Source: the human T2T-CHM13v2.0 reference genome, Homo sapiens. From it: 64,000 bases of DNA. Of this stretch, positions 41,767 to 56,556 are shown piece after piece. Position 1 is the first letter of the stretch. The number at the start of each line of letters is the position of its first letter. The position numbers and the translations under genes were made by a program. The stretch is taken from NCBI RefSeq assembly GCF_009914755.1, contig NC_060928.1. One strand, written 5' to 3'. The notes under the pieces are model-generated. The model was not told the DNA's origin, did no database searches, and worked only from the letters and a program-made list of their open reading frames with translations.

Positions 41767-44700
41767 TTAGTTGTGCTCCTTTTGTATTTCTTTAACTGCA
41801 ATACTGGGAAAGTGTTTTTATTGAACCATGTGATACAGTGGTTCGAATTGTTTTTATTTCAAGCACAGAATCTGTATTAAAAATAACACAGTTTCCTGTC
41901 CTTCTTTCTGTATTTTCTCCTAGCACAAGGGAAAAATCACATTCCCTAATATATTTTCTGGGCACACTCTGTTTGTAATATTTCCTTTGCAAACGTCCTG
42001 TTCATATTTGTATCTTATTACTTTTCTTATACTGGATTTATTGATAGTTTCTAACAAAAATATGATTTCAGTATATTTACTGAACAAAATTCAATATAAC
42101 AGACCCCAATTCAATTTTTTTCATCAAAATGGAGAACAATAAAGAGGCTAAAGTCCTCAGTTTAGACACACAGCATCAAAAAAACTTATATTGTTTAAAG
42201 AAATAACTCAATAAGGGGGAAGTGATAGATATTACTTAAAGAACAACATTAGCTTTGTTTATTTATCTATGTTTCTAATATTCCTGCCTCTAACTTAGTC
42301 AGCGACAAACATTTTTGGTGTTCCTTGGTTATTGAATCTCACATAAATGCAGTCATTTTCTAAAAATAGAAAAATATTGTTATTATGCATTGCAAGATAC
42401 CCATGGTTCATATTTACTGTTAATTGTCATTTCATGTATTCAAATTTAATTTAAGGGAATTTTTAAAAAACTTAGTCTGTTTCCCAGATTATTTTGCTAT
42501 TGTGCCAGTATTTTTTATAAATTAATCACGTTTATGCTTTTGCTTGTTTACAAAGAGTGTGTATTCTGAATTTCTAATGTCCTGCTCTTGAAGACTGATT
42601 ACAGAGGGCTTTCTTCATTGACCATTAGGTAAAGGGTTGAAAAATAACTTTGGTTTACAATAGATTTGTAGTTTAATGGATGGGTGTATTCATTATTTAC
42701 CTGTTCTCAGTCTCTTGTGTACCGCCTAGTGATGATTATAGTTGTTTTAAAGATGATCCTTATTTATGGTCTATTGCATCATCCTGAGATTTAGTAATGA
42801 TTTTAGATTTTCCACCTAAATTACAGGGCACTTTCCGCTGAAAATGGTAAACAATATTACAAACTAAAAAAAAAGAAGTAATCTGATTTCTGGGAAGAGG
42901 GAGCCCAGTGAAAGATGTGTGCTTTTATAAGGATGGACAATGGAAAGCAAAATAATAACTCCTAACTTTGATTGTTCAAATATATTCTGCAATACAGAGA
43001 GCTGCATGCAGGCTGGAGCAGGCATGGGGCAGGAAGGTTAAGTAGAAGAGAAGGCACAATACTTCAGATTGGCAGTAGACTGCAGCAAGAATAATCTAAT
43101 CAAAACGAAATTAAATTATCTAGTCCCAGGGCAGGCTCCTGGGACTGCTGCATTGAATGCTAGCAGAGCTCCTCCTAGACATTTTTCTCCAGTCAAACTC
43201 ACATGATGAATGCAGATGAAAATTGAAATATGAAAATCTGAAATAATTTATGGAAGTTGTCAGAAATTTGGCTTGCTTGTGGTGTAATTTCCTCTGAGAC
43301 GAGGCAGGCCGGCTCACTGCTGCAAGACTTGGAGCGGCTGCTGGCCTTCCAGTGGATGGATCAACCCCTTTAAAATGCTCTTCCAGACAAATTACAGCTC
43401 ATTACACACAGCCTTGCACCATGCCATTATGTCAGAGGAAATCTTTTTTCATTTGCACAAATTTGCTTGGAATTCTCATATTTATTTGAGCATCCATTAT
43501 CGAATCTGAACATTGAATTATCCACAATTATTTTCTGGGTACGCGGATGTTTGTGTATATGGAATAGATGGTGACTGCGGGGCTATAAAAATATTACAGT
43601 GTGGCTGAAAACCCCACGTACTTTGCAGCTGTGTTACAAAGAGCATTGTTTGGCTGTTGAAAGAGAATTGACTTTTGCAAGGACATTTTACAAGGTTCAT
43701 TTTCTTTTTGAACATACTCCGAAGGAGACTAACTCTGCTTCTAGTGACTTTTTCTGTGCTCCATGGTGTATAAGAATTACAAATTGTTTGTTACAACTGA
43801 GTTAAGATCCTCTTTCCTCTCCCTATGTAATTTGTTTGTTGATGGTCATTTTCATATTAGTCGTATACTGGCATACATTCTTGAATAAAACATATGCTCT
43901 GATTGCTGAAAAGAACACCTCTCTCCTGAAACTCACTTTTATTTCTCTCATCTTTCTCATAAGGTTGCCATGGCAAAAGTGGACTCCTTATTGCTGAGAA
44001 ATACCGCAATATAATCAGAAAAGGAAATTATGGTCTAAAAAATCAACAATGATATTTACCTACTAGCTTCATAGAAATCTGAATTACAAGAGTGTTTGTA
44101 TTATGGCTTTTAAATATTTACTGTTGTTTAGCATAATAAATCTCTGCTTTATGTAATATTGCTAAGTGGAGTGCAGTCCTTCTCAATATTATTTTATCCA
44201 GTCATTCAGGCTTGTATCTAAATGTCTCGTCAACCTTTCCAGTGACTAAATAATTAAATGCTCTCTATTGACTTGTTGACATTTCACTACTTATGGCAGG
44301 TGTAGATTCAAAAGAAAAAGTGCAGTCATTCTCCAGAGTCAACTTTTTCTTCCCCGAAAGCTTTTATACATGGATAAAGCAACTTGAAAAAATTCTAAGG
44401 TAAGCATCCCTTTAATATCTCATTATGATTTTGTAAACTGGATTCAGTTACAACAAAGTAAGATGTACTTTTGCAAATAGGATTTGTTTCAGTCAAAGAA
44501 CCAGTAGTACTTCAAATCAAGGTGAGTTAAATGGCTGTTTATATAACCTATTATTTTTCTAGCCATAATATACAAACATGAGCATTTTACACATTTTTAA
44601 GTAAAAAAGAAAATCGATTCTACATAAGTGAGTAGTGACTACTAGAATTTAGGAAAACAAAATTGGTCATCAAAGTAATGGAAAAGCTGGTTTCTTGGAT

Positions 44701-47700
44701 AAAAGCAAAGCAACTGCATTCTATACTTCAGCCCTCCAGAGCTTCGACTCCTCTAAAATCCACTGCGGGGTTGGAACATATCGCCACCTCCCCAGCTTCT
44801 CCTTGCTGCAGGAAACTTTGTAACAGCACTCAAACAAATAAAGAAACTGGGTTGGAGATTATTGCTTTCATTGTGCTATTGTACATGTGTATTATATAGT
44901 CACTCCATAGTTTGACACAATCAGCTGAATGTGGGACAAGACAAATGTTGTATATGACAGTGGGGTAGTATTGAAAGATGACCCCATATCTACAGGGCTA
45001 AGAGTTATGGATGCATTGATAGCTGCTACTAACATTTTGAAGCGTGGCTGTTAAATTTTGCCTGCTGGCTTCTGGCTGGAGGCCGGCCTGCCTGGGCAAC
45101 GGAGCCATTGAAAGGAACTGCAGGCAGCTTTTTTTCAGTACACATCAAGGAACTCTGCTCTTCCTTTATTATAACTGACCACTGACAGGAGTGACTTCGG
45201 AAGAAAGCCAGGCAAACAAGGCACATTGAACACTTCCCAGCTAATCTTTGTTGTGCATTTTATTTACTTCCAGTGGGCACTTTTTCTTCTTAAATAACTG
45301 TTTAAATTTTTTAAAGACACATTTCTAAACCAAAATATGTAATGAAAATCACAGGAAAGATTGGGACTATATAAAGACAACATTTTTCATGATAGAGCAG
45401 GACCTACTGAGAACAGAGTATGTGGAGAAATTGAGGTAAATACTGTTTCTTATAAAGACCTGCAGGAAAATTATACAATAAAAAGAGTCTTAGAAAAGTG
45501 TATCTGGGATACTTGAACTCTGGACTGTTAGTGACATTTGTTTTAAAAAGCAATGAATAGAGAGATGGTCTGAAAATATGGGGCATGTTTTATATGTGCA
45601 AAGAAAAATGAATCATATGAACATTAAGCTTCCAAGTTTGAATGAACCATGTTTAAACAATTGCATAGCTAAGTTCTTTGTAAAGCACTACTAATGACCA
45701 ACTTCTTTTATAAATTAATGTGCGAGTACATTTTAATAGCTGGGAAGAAATCTTGTTATTCATAATATAGATAAACATGTTTGACTCTAAGAGCCAAACT
45801 TTAATATCATGCTGGTATGTTTAACTTATGAACCTTAAAGCTTATCAAGCGGTGCAAAGTATATGGACTTGACTTAAGGCCATGGGTTGAGGTTTCTTTG
45901 ATTTATTTTTACCATAGAAGATATAAGGAATCAAAATAAAAAGAATATGAATGCAGCTACCTATAGCCTCATTTAAATATATACAAAATCCACCAGCATT
46001 ACTATCAAACAAATGAACTAAAACTATAGCCATGTAAATATCAAACACCAATACTTCCTGCTTATGAAACTCTATAGTCATATAAATAGTTATGTAAATC
46101 CCAATGTTTATGAAATTCCATCCTACACTTGAACAAATGCACTATCGCTAGTTATTTTGTCATTTCTTTCCAGATTTCCCTAGAGAGCCAGCGAGGACTA
46201 AGCACATAAAAAGTTTCATCATTTTTATTCTACAGCCAGCCAGTTTTCAGAGGAAGAGCAAAATTTTTCGCTGTGTACTTTTAAGTAAATAAAATATTTC
46301 TGGAAAGTTATAAGCATAAGAAATAGCTATGTAAATATATATATATATATATATAACCTTAGTAATAATACTTGGATAAGCTAATATAATAATGTTATTT
46401 ATCATGAAAAGAAAATTAAGTAAAAATCCAGCCCCTGAAAAGTTTAAGTGCAATTTTAGACTCATTCCCTTGACCTTCCTTAAAACAAAGTAAATGAGGA
46501 GGTAATAATCAACTATTTTACTTTTTAGTGAGAAAGCAAAATTTGCATTGGATGGGGAGAGGAAAGAGAATAGAGATATATTTTACAATGTCAAGGAGGG
46601 TTTTTTTTAAAAAAAAAAAAAACCTCATTTCCAGAAAATTTTTCTCATATTTAATATCTTTATTATGATTACAACATAATACATTTGTGCTTATATTCTC
46701 TAAACCCAAATAACCATATATACTTAAATTGAATCTGGGATATTTCCTCTATCTTCTCCCTATTTTAAAATCATTCACTTTCCAGTGTTTACGGTACAAA
46801 AGTGTAGATTCACCCATCTACAAAAACCTATCTTATAATTTTTTTTAAAATTCAGATAACCATAAACTTGAAACTATTAAAAAGCAGAGCTTGTTCTATA
46901 TCACAGCTAATTCAAGTCTGCCTTGTAAGTGCATCTATTTCCACATGTATTAGAAAATAATTGATGCAAAAAAATGTTAACCATATTTTTGTCTTGAGTA
47001 ATTTCTGTAAGTGTATTGCCCACAGGGTTCTCATTACAGCTGTGGAAGTTCCTTCTACATCAAAGCTCCTGGGACCCTCAATCAGAAATTTAGGCCAACT
47101 TTGGGGAAAGTCAATTTGCTCTCTCCTTAGAGTAACAAAATTAGATACTTGAACTTGATATCAAGGATTCAGAGACACACAGCAGGCTTTTTATACCAAA
47201 ATCTTGCATTTATATTTTGTTCATAGACAACAAGAAGGGGAGAGCTAAGCAGTTATTTAACCAGCAAAATCAATTTAGTTGAATAAATTAGAGAGTTTGG
47301 GCTTGAAATCTCTCCTTTTTTCTCTTAAAAACATGCACAATTAGAGATGTATACTTTACAATATTTAGTCAGTGTTAAATTACTTTTAGGGAGAATGTGT
47401 GACATTCAGCCAAATTGTATGGATAATCATCTCAATTCTACAACCTAATTTCACAAATGATGTGGCCACAGAGATTTTATGTAGTTGATACTGACTGCTG
47501 TTAAATGTTGCTTATAAAAGTTTATGGTCTCCCTCTGATCTCGAATGAGCCCATTATTGTGTTCAAGATTAAATTTTTCAGGCCTGGTCTTATTTTCCCC
47601 CAAAAGATTTCCAGGAGCATATAGTATGTAGGAGCTCAAGAAAGAAAGAAAAGGATGAACTTTTATACAATATATTGAGGGAGATTTTCAAGGGAATCAT

Positions 47701-48554
47701 CACAGACATGAACATATTAAGACATGCGATCATAAAATATTCTTTTCTAAAGAAGCATACAATAGTGTATTCAAAAACCTTTTTAAAATAATATGTATTG
47801 CTTTACAATCAGAGAAAAGGCTAATTTTAAAATATCTTTCCTCATTGAAAGGTGCTAAGCCATCATTTTCCACCTTTCTCTTTTAAATGATAAACACATA
47901 ATTTATTTATTAAGTTCTACTTGCTTGTAATGCAATACACAATCTTTCCATAGACAGGACACTATCCTCAGAAGCTGGCCTTCTAAATTGAAAGCACAGG
48001 GACAAAAGAACTAGAACTAACCTGCAGTTGATAGGCATAAATAGTGAAAATAGAATAAGTTATTGTTTTATGCAAATGTTATTTGATATAGTAGAAGCTA
48101 ACGTTCAGGTAAATTATTTTTAACAGCAGAGGTGGTCTTTCTTGAGCCCTTCATCCACACGGCTCTCACAGCTTCATGGCCGCTGCTCCATTACCAACAG
48201 TCTTCAAAACACAGAATATAATAAGATACAGCTATGACCATGCAAGAAAAGTTGAAAACAAGTTCCAGTTAGCGACTAAGACTTACAGGTAGAAGTTACA
48301 TATGAACAGCTGTGTGTAAGTGATGCCACTACCAAAAACCAAAATTTCCATTACATGGATGGAAATGTTCCTTATCCCTCTGTACCTACAAGTGCTTATG
48401 AATCGACACTGGGTTGTGGAAAAGAGAGACTGTGTTTGCCCACCAGCCCCTGATGCCCAGGAGGGAGAAAAGGCCACATTTCTTCCAACTCTCACTCTAT
48501 TTAATAGCCCTGAGTAGCTTAACTGGAGAGTGTCACGTGCTATAAGTATATTTA

Positions 48555-49347
<793 letters not shown>

Positions 49348-49515
49348 GGCCTGCCAAGCGATGGACTAGTTATTTTTGCTGTTTTTGGGCCTTTGCTCCC
49401 TCTCTCTCTGCCCTGTGGAAGGGAATACCCGGGTCCCATGCTGAGTACCCAGACATCTGTGGTGGCTGATGCTGATCTAGCCCTTGCTAAGCCAGAAGGG
49501 AGGAAGAGAGGCAGC

Positions 49516-49518
49516 TGT

Positions 49519-49568
<50 letters not shown>
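49516..49568. repeat. (TG)n microsatellite
   Basis: Read directly; one interruption. Confidence 0.97.
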
Positions 49569-49570
<2 letters not shown>

Positions 49571-50389
49571 GTTCGCCTTTCACCCTCCCCACTTCCTCTG
49601 CAGCCCTCCCCTGCTCTCTGCGGCTGGTGGCTTAGTGCATGAACTGATTAGGTAACAACAGAGCACCTTCCCTCCCTGTTTCCTCCCAATGCATTTGGGC
49701 CACAGCTTTTGAAGGCGCCCAGCCCTGCCACTATCCCGCCTTTATCACAGGCTGTATGGGGCTTTATCTGGAAAAGCCTGGGCTTTGCCCCTGGCTTCAT
49801 CAATCATTTGGACCAGTTCACATCTCCTTCATGGTGTTCCGCCTCATTAAACCCATCAAGGGCACTGCAGAGAGGCTGTGGGGCCCAGGAATGCCTCCCC
49901 ATTGCAGGCGTGAAAAAGGCTGCACAAACCTGGGGGAGAGGGTGCCCAGGATGACTTGCACGGCCACCAGATGTTCAGGCCTCACTCTTCTTGCAGGCCA
50001 GGATCTACTTCGGGAGATTTCTTAGAGGTACACTTGGGAAATTAAGTGATCACCCCAGGCTGACAAGCATGCACGCCTCAGTCTTCTTAAGAAACTCATG
50101 TGTGTGCTGGTGAAATTGGAGACCACAGTTTCACAGAAAGTGAAGTGTTTTCAGGTTGACAGCTGCAAATGCTGGTTGGAATCTGACACTGAATTTAGGG
50201 GCTTCTAGGGCAAAATGAATCATCAAAGTGCCATCCAGGTAACTTAGACACAACCCAGTTCTATATTTGGGGAAAAGAGACTTCCACAAATTTTCTAACT
50301 GCTATTCTACTGAGTAGCCACTCAGATTTCTATTTTTGGATTGTCATTATGATTATTTTATTTATACATATAATCAAATTACAAGGGTT

Positions 50390-50530
50390 TTTCCTCACAC
50401 ACTACCTTGCAACAGCCTTTGGAGGTAGCCAGAGCAGGGATCATATTTTCAATGTCATTATAAAAGCAAAAAAGCCAAAGCTAAGAGAGATCGAACTTAA
50501 CCAAGATCATATGGCTAGTAATTGATGGGT
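50390..50530 (-). mobile_element. MIR fragment
   Basis: gcaacagcctttggaggtag...aacttaaccaagatcatatggctagtaa. Confidence 0.55.
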
Positions 50531-51139
50531 TTACACCTCATTGTTTCTCCTTTACAACTTTAAAAAAGAGAAGTCCAGGACAGCACTATTGTTCATGTAT
50601 TATTTTCTCTTTGGTACAATGTCTAGGATATGATATCAAATATCTAGATACAAATGTACTTCCCTAAGGGTCTTCCCCAGCCTATTAGAAGAAAGAAAAG
50701 AAATAAGAAGTAAAAACAAACAAAAAAACCACCATAGCCCCGTTATCCTCTTATTGATAGAGTGAAATTAGTCTCTTAGAACCAATTAGTTGTAGAGAAG
50801 GACGTGCATTTCACTGGTTGTGAGCAGGGGAGAAGGGCAAGGAGGGAGGAAGGGAGGAAGATAGCCATAACCTTAGATTGGCCTCTTAACATCCAGTTTG
50901 TGGTACAAATAAGAATCAAGTTCCATCTCATACAGCACCACCCGGGGGCCCAAAGTAGTAGCCCCTGGACCTCCTCTTGCACCCAAACAACTATTTTATG
51001 CACCAGGCATGTATATGGCAGTGAACTTCACCCTAAGCCCTGTGCTATTACTTCTAAAACTTACGGGGAAGCTAAGGAGGCAGTGAAGACACCTCCTCAG
51101 CCCTGGTCTCCCCCACCAGCACACCACCTAGCACAGACA

Positions 51140-53420
51140 GCACCAGCTCACGGCCGCCGCAGTCCCTGGGTGGCCTCTACGGGAATCCTGGGGCAGAGAT
51201 GGGATTACGAAACCCTAAACCACTCCCGCTGCGCGCGAATCACGTCTGGCAGGCTGCTCCAGCCCGCAGTCCACACACCCCCGGGCCTTTGCGCCACCGC
51301 ACCAATTTGCATCCCCAACGAATGCGCGCTGCCCTGATCCCCGAGCACGCGGGTATTAATGATCATAAAAAACTGGGCGATTACAAAAAGAGAAAGTGCT
51401 AAATCCCGGGAGCTGGGGCAAGATTTCAAAAGGCAACACACCGAATCCAAGTCTGTACTTTAACTTTTTTAATAACGATTTTTTTTTTTCTGGGCTGGAA
51501 GCTCGCACTGAATCCTGGAGGAATTGCTAAATCGGATTAAGGTTATATTTTGCAACAGACTGGATGGAGCAATAAAGGAGAGCGCGCGGAAATGGGACTT
51601 CACCCATCAATTAGATCTCTATTAGCAGCCAATGCAGGCTTCACCACAGGAAATGTCACGTCCCAGCCCTAGCGGACCCTTTCGTTCCCCACCCCCAGCT
51701 CTCACCTCCCCTGTCCCTGGAGTTAAACAACTCTTCTGGCGCACACATTGGAACTAAACAAACCCTTTTGTGTGGAATACGGTTTTTGTGTTTTGTTTTT
51801 TGTTTTTCTTATTGAACTTGTTTTGGAACCCTGTACCACCTGCCTTCCCCAACCCCAGCGCAGCGAGCTAACCCCGGGACACTCCCACCCCGGCCGGCTG
51901 AACAGGTTGCAGCGCGACACCTGCGCTGTCTGCTGGGTCGCTCAGGACCGCGGTGCGGGGCCTGGTGCGCTGGGCCTTATTAATATTAAAAGCTTTATGA
52001 CAGTCCTGGGCAGTCCGTAATGAAAGGTGATTAACAAGACAATGGACAGGATTCTGAATGCTGGGGCAACTCATCTGCTATAATAGATCAGACCCGCCTC
52101 GGGGGCCCAGCGTGCGAATTCCGCCCCGGGATGCGAAGGAGTTCGAACGCATGGAGTGGAAAACAGGCAGGCGTGATGTGGCCATAGTGGGAGTCAAGAC
52201 TGCGGAAATGGAGCGACCTGCAGGCTAGAGGAGAGATCCACGTGCGGGATCCACTTTGACCTCGGCTTCATCTCTGATGCTCTTACTGTGTTCGCTTCGG
52301 CTTTGGAGTCCAAGATATGTGCGGTCCCCACTACGAAACCAGCTGCCTGCACCCGGATTCCAGAGCCTAGGCCCTTACCTATGGGAAATCCTATAGCTCC
52401 AGATGCTGGAATCCGAGCTCTGATAGGAAAACGCCCTAATGCTGGCATCTCTCGCTTAGCACATAGGCAAGAAAATGGGGCACGACCCCCAAATCCACTC
52501 CCTTCCAGCCTCCGAAAAATGCACCCAGGTCTTGACCCTCCACTCTTCCGCTCCCCAGCAGAACGAAAATTTCCTCAGGCCCTAGAAAGCCTCATTTATC
52601 ATTCTCGTGGGGGCTCAAATGACAACGCTTCTTGTCCCAGCACGGCTGTGAATCGGGGCCCCCCACTTCTGCTCCCTTATCCTTCCTGCGCCCCTCCCGC
52701 TCCACATCCCAGCCCATAAGGAGACAAGGTGCAACAGCCAGGGAATGAGCAAGCAGGAGAAGTGGCCGAACGGATAAAGGAGGCACTGTTGTGGTTGCCG
52801 CAGCCGCTGCCCCCATTCAGGGACCGAATTGAAATGGATATTTCCCTCCTCGGCCCAGCTGAACGAGGCTCAATGCCTCAAAGATGCAGAGCTGCCTCGG
52901 TGGACATGCTCTGTGGCTGATATTATAATTTTCATAATGCGCTTTTATGTCGCGCCAGACTCCTCCGGTGAGGAGCCCGCAGAGCTGCTGAAAGGGGCTT
53001 TGAGAGGCCCGGGCGCGCGGCTGCTGCGAGCTGCGCGCCCCCCGCCGGCCTGAGTGGCACCGCGTGCCCCTGCCGGGGCGCGGCTCCTGCACTGCGGGCG
53101 CGCAGGCGGCGGCGGGCTCTGCCGGCGCCCCTTATTAGCATGCACCCTGGGTGCGCCTGGCCTGCTCCCGCTGCTTCCGGGCCTCTCTGCGCCCCTCCGA
53201 GTCTCTGCCATCCGCCTGGGTGCGAGGTCCCTGGCCTTGCTCCTGGTCAAACTCCATTCCGCTCCAGCTCAGGCTTTAGGGAAGGTCAAGGTGTTAAAAT
53301 GTGGGCAGAACATTCCGGAAGCAGTCGGGGGCTGGAAGTCTTCCGACCTGAGTGGAGGCTGCTTTCCCAAGGGTCCGGAAGCAAAGGGACCCTTGCTGTG
53401 AGGGGTTTGTAGCGAAGGCA
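51140..53420. promoter_or_regulatory. CpG island / CpG-rich cluster, densest at 52950-53230; candidate promoter or Polycomb-type island
   Basis: Many CpG, GCGC and CGCG in non-repeat sequence against CpG-depleted flanks. Confidence 0.8.
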
Positions 53421-53449
53421 GGCATTGAGTGGGAGCCTCATCATTGCAA

Positions 53450-53630
53450 CGAGTAAGGTGTACTATTTTGTTCTAAGCACTTAGCAAGTATTAATTGCTA
53501 AATCCTGGTCATGAGGAAACTGAACAGCAGAGAGGTTAAGTAGTTTGCCCAAGGTCGCACAACTGTTAAATGGGAGGGTCCACATTTAAAACAGGTGGTC
53601 TCAGAGTCCCTGTGTTTTTAACTCAGCGAA
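53450..53630 (-). mobile_element. MIR SINE
   Basis: atgaggaaactgaacagcagagaggttaagtagtttgcccaaggtcgcac. Confidence 0.88.
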
Positions 53631-54380
53631 TGGCTACTTCCTAATATCTGCTATGTGTTTGGCCACAGCAGTCAGTTCACCAGCAAGCTCATTTGCCAGA
53701 TGCATAATAGGGAACAGATCAATTAGAGATTAATCAAAATGTGTGGTCCTCACCTCTACTAAGTTATTAGAGCTGACTGGTACTGGGTAATAGTTCAAAT
53801 CACCTCTTTTTCCCTCTTCTTTATTCCAGCTTCACAGTAGGAATTTGCATGAAATACTTAGAGCCTCTGAGAGCCTAAATCAGACAAATACTTTGCCTTA
53901 GTTACCAATAAACACATTAAAAATTAATAAATATGTATCATGGTGAAACTAAAAAAAAAAGAAAGAAAAAAGGAGAAAATCTGCATTATAAAAGAACTTT
54001 CCAAATAAACTCATCATTTTTATTGGCCCTGGATGGAGAATTTAAAAATATAACTATAACTTAACCTTAACATATAGTAGGCCATGTTATAGCAGACTCC
54101 GGGCTACCATTCTTAAATGATCCCCTCCATCAAACTTGGAAATTGTTCATAAGAAATATCATGGAAAAGTTGTAAGACTGTAGTTAATTCTGTACCCAAT
54201 GCCAAAGTTATAAAAAGTTTATCATAATTGCTCTCTTAAGTAGAGAGTCTGCTATTAAGGTTGCCAAATACAAACTTTATTTCTTTTGAAGAGGCCCAGC
54301 ATGTGTATTGATAACAGAAGAGAACAATCAGTATATGTTCCCCTAATTCGTATTTGTTCAAAAGGTAGACAAGTACCAAA

Positions 54381-54740
54381 TATATATATATACATATATA
54401 TACATATATATACACATATATATACATATATACACACATATATACATATATACACATATATACATATATACACATATATATACATATATACACATATATA
54501 CATATATACACATATATACATATATACATATATACACATATATACATATATACACATATACATATATACATATATATATACATATACATATATACATATA
54601 TACATATACACATATATATACACATATATACACATATATATACACATATATATACACACATATATATACACATATATATATACACATATATATACACATA
54701 TATATATACACATATATATATATACACACACACACACACA
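54381..54740. repeat. 360-bp compound (TA/CA)n microsatellite
   Basis: Uninterrupted pyrimidine-A alternation. Confidence 0.97.
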
Positions 54741-56487
54741 AGCCTCAAATTTTTAAGTAGGAATCAAATAAACAGTGCATCTGCAGCTCGATATACCTGC
54801 TATGAATATCTGTCCTGCGAGCAATTGCCCCATAAACCCTCTGGGCCATATCATAGCCCCATTTGTCTATGACACTTTTCCTTGTCATAGTTAGAGGGAC
54901 ATTATGGTGTTGGCAATGCCCACCATGCACTGGGTAACAGAAATTAACCTCATGCCTTCATCTGCAATAATACCACAAGGTCAGTTAAGAATCAGTGTCA
55001 GATTGGGTTTTTATTTATCTATAAAGGCCTTTAGGGCTTAGTCTAAACTTGAAAATATTTATGACCTAGAAACTAGCAATAGATCTGAAAACACAACCCA
55101 CAGATTCCATCCCAAGAGTTATTATATTTTATTCCTTAAACCAGCCTCATTGTTTTTGTTTATGAATCTGCTGGTGTAGCCCTGCATATCTAATGGAATG
55201 ATCCCAAATTACAGCTAAAATCTGTTCTTCCTGATTTGTTGCAAAGCAATGAAAGATAACTACATCTGAAATTGGGAAACAGCAGCTGCTCATACATTTC
55301 TTCATTAAATAAACATCAAGATACCTGCTGATTGAAGCCATTTTGGGGTTTGGATGTGAATGGCTCTTTAAAACCCTTCCCATATGTTAGTCTCTATTAA
55401 ATTCAACAACTTTGCTCTGGTTGCCTCTAAATCAGAGGTTATTAAATCCTTATTAAAACTTGAAAATGTTCTGAAGTAAAATTGTATTGCGCACTTGCAA
55501 AGAAGTGATAAACAGCCATTTTTAGTAAGCAATTTTAAAAATTATACACATAGTAGGATGTGGACCAGAGGTCAAATCACTCAGAACATTCATGATACCC
55601 ACCTAGACAGCTTTTGTTTGAATTACGCAGCTAAATGAGAAGAGAAAATAGATTTGGTTTAAATTACTTACTTTCTATTACCTCTTAAACCCTCTCAAAA
55701 GTCTTAGCAAACCAAATCATCTTGAGAAATTGTAAGATGTGACAATAACTACCAAGATAATCACCCTCAAAGAGGAGTTGATGATAGCAAGTTAATGAAT
55801 GTCATTACTGAAAATAAGAAGAATATTATCACTACTTATTGTCCAAGTTAACATAAGCTTTAAAACTTTTTTGAAAAGTATAATTGATAATCGTAAAATT
55901 ATGGATTTATGTCAAGTGATGGATTAAAATATTGGAATTTTAGGATATGAAGTATTAGGATATTAGGATATGAAGCGAATCCTATAAGGATTGCTTAGGA
56001 TGTTCATGGTAGTTACTGAGAGAAGCATAAGATGGCATGAATTACGTAATAACGTCAGGATTTATCTACAGGCAGGCTGGAAAACTGGGGCTCCAAATAC
56101 CTTCTTTTCCACTCACCTGGGTTGTTTATTTCCCCTCTTTGTATGTAAGGGCATAGACCTCACAGGTTTTGGGGTCTTTTTGTTTTTGTTTTTTTGTTAT
56201 TATTGTTGTTGCTGTTATTTTGGAACATTTTCATTTCCTTCATTTTATTGTAAGTAAGGAAATAGAAATGGAAATACTCAGGGAACTATCCAGATAATTC
56301 TCAAGAACAAAAATCTACCATGAAAGGAGAACTGTAGCCTAACTCCCCAAATGGGCTGTTGGCATTGATTTAACTGACCTTGTGCTTCCTTTGGCCTGTG
56401 CAGGCATTAGCTTATTAAAGGCATGCTGTAAGTGGGAGGAGGTTGCCGCTAGAACTGGATGTAAATGCCTTTGGGGAATCTTTTTTG

Positions 56488-56556
56488 TCTTTCTCTTTCT
56501 TTCTTTCTTTCTTTTCTTTCTTTCTTTCTTTTGGTTTTTTGTTGTTTGTTTGTTTC
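56488..56556. repeat. (TTTC)n/(GTTT)n simple repeat
   Basis: Read directly from the sequence. Confidence 0.85.

Noticed and set aside
50804-53412. Multiple 60-177 aa ORFs in the CpG island
   Set aside because: No homeobox, zinc-finger or other domain; the overlapping frames are explained by GC content.
54236-54756. Overlapping 127-170 aa Tyr/Ile/Cys-rich ORFs
   Set aside because: These are translations of the TA/CA microsatellite.
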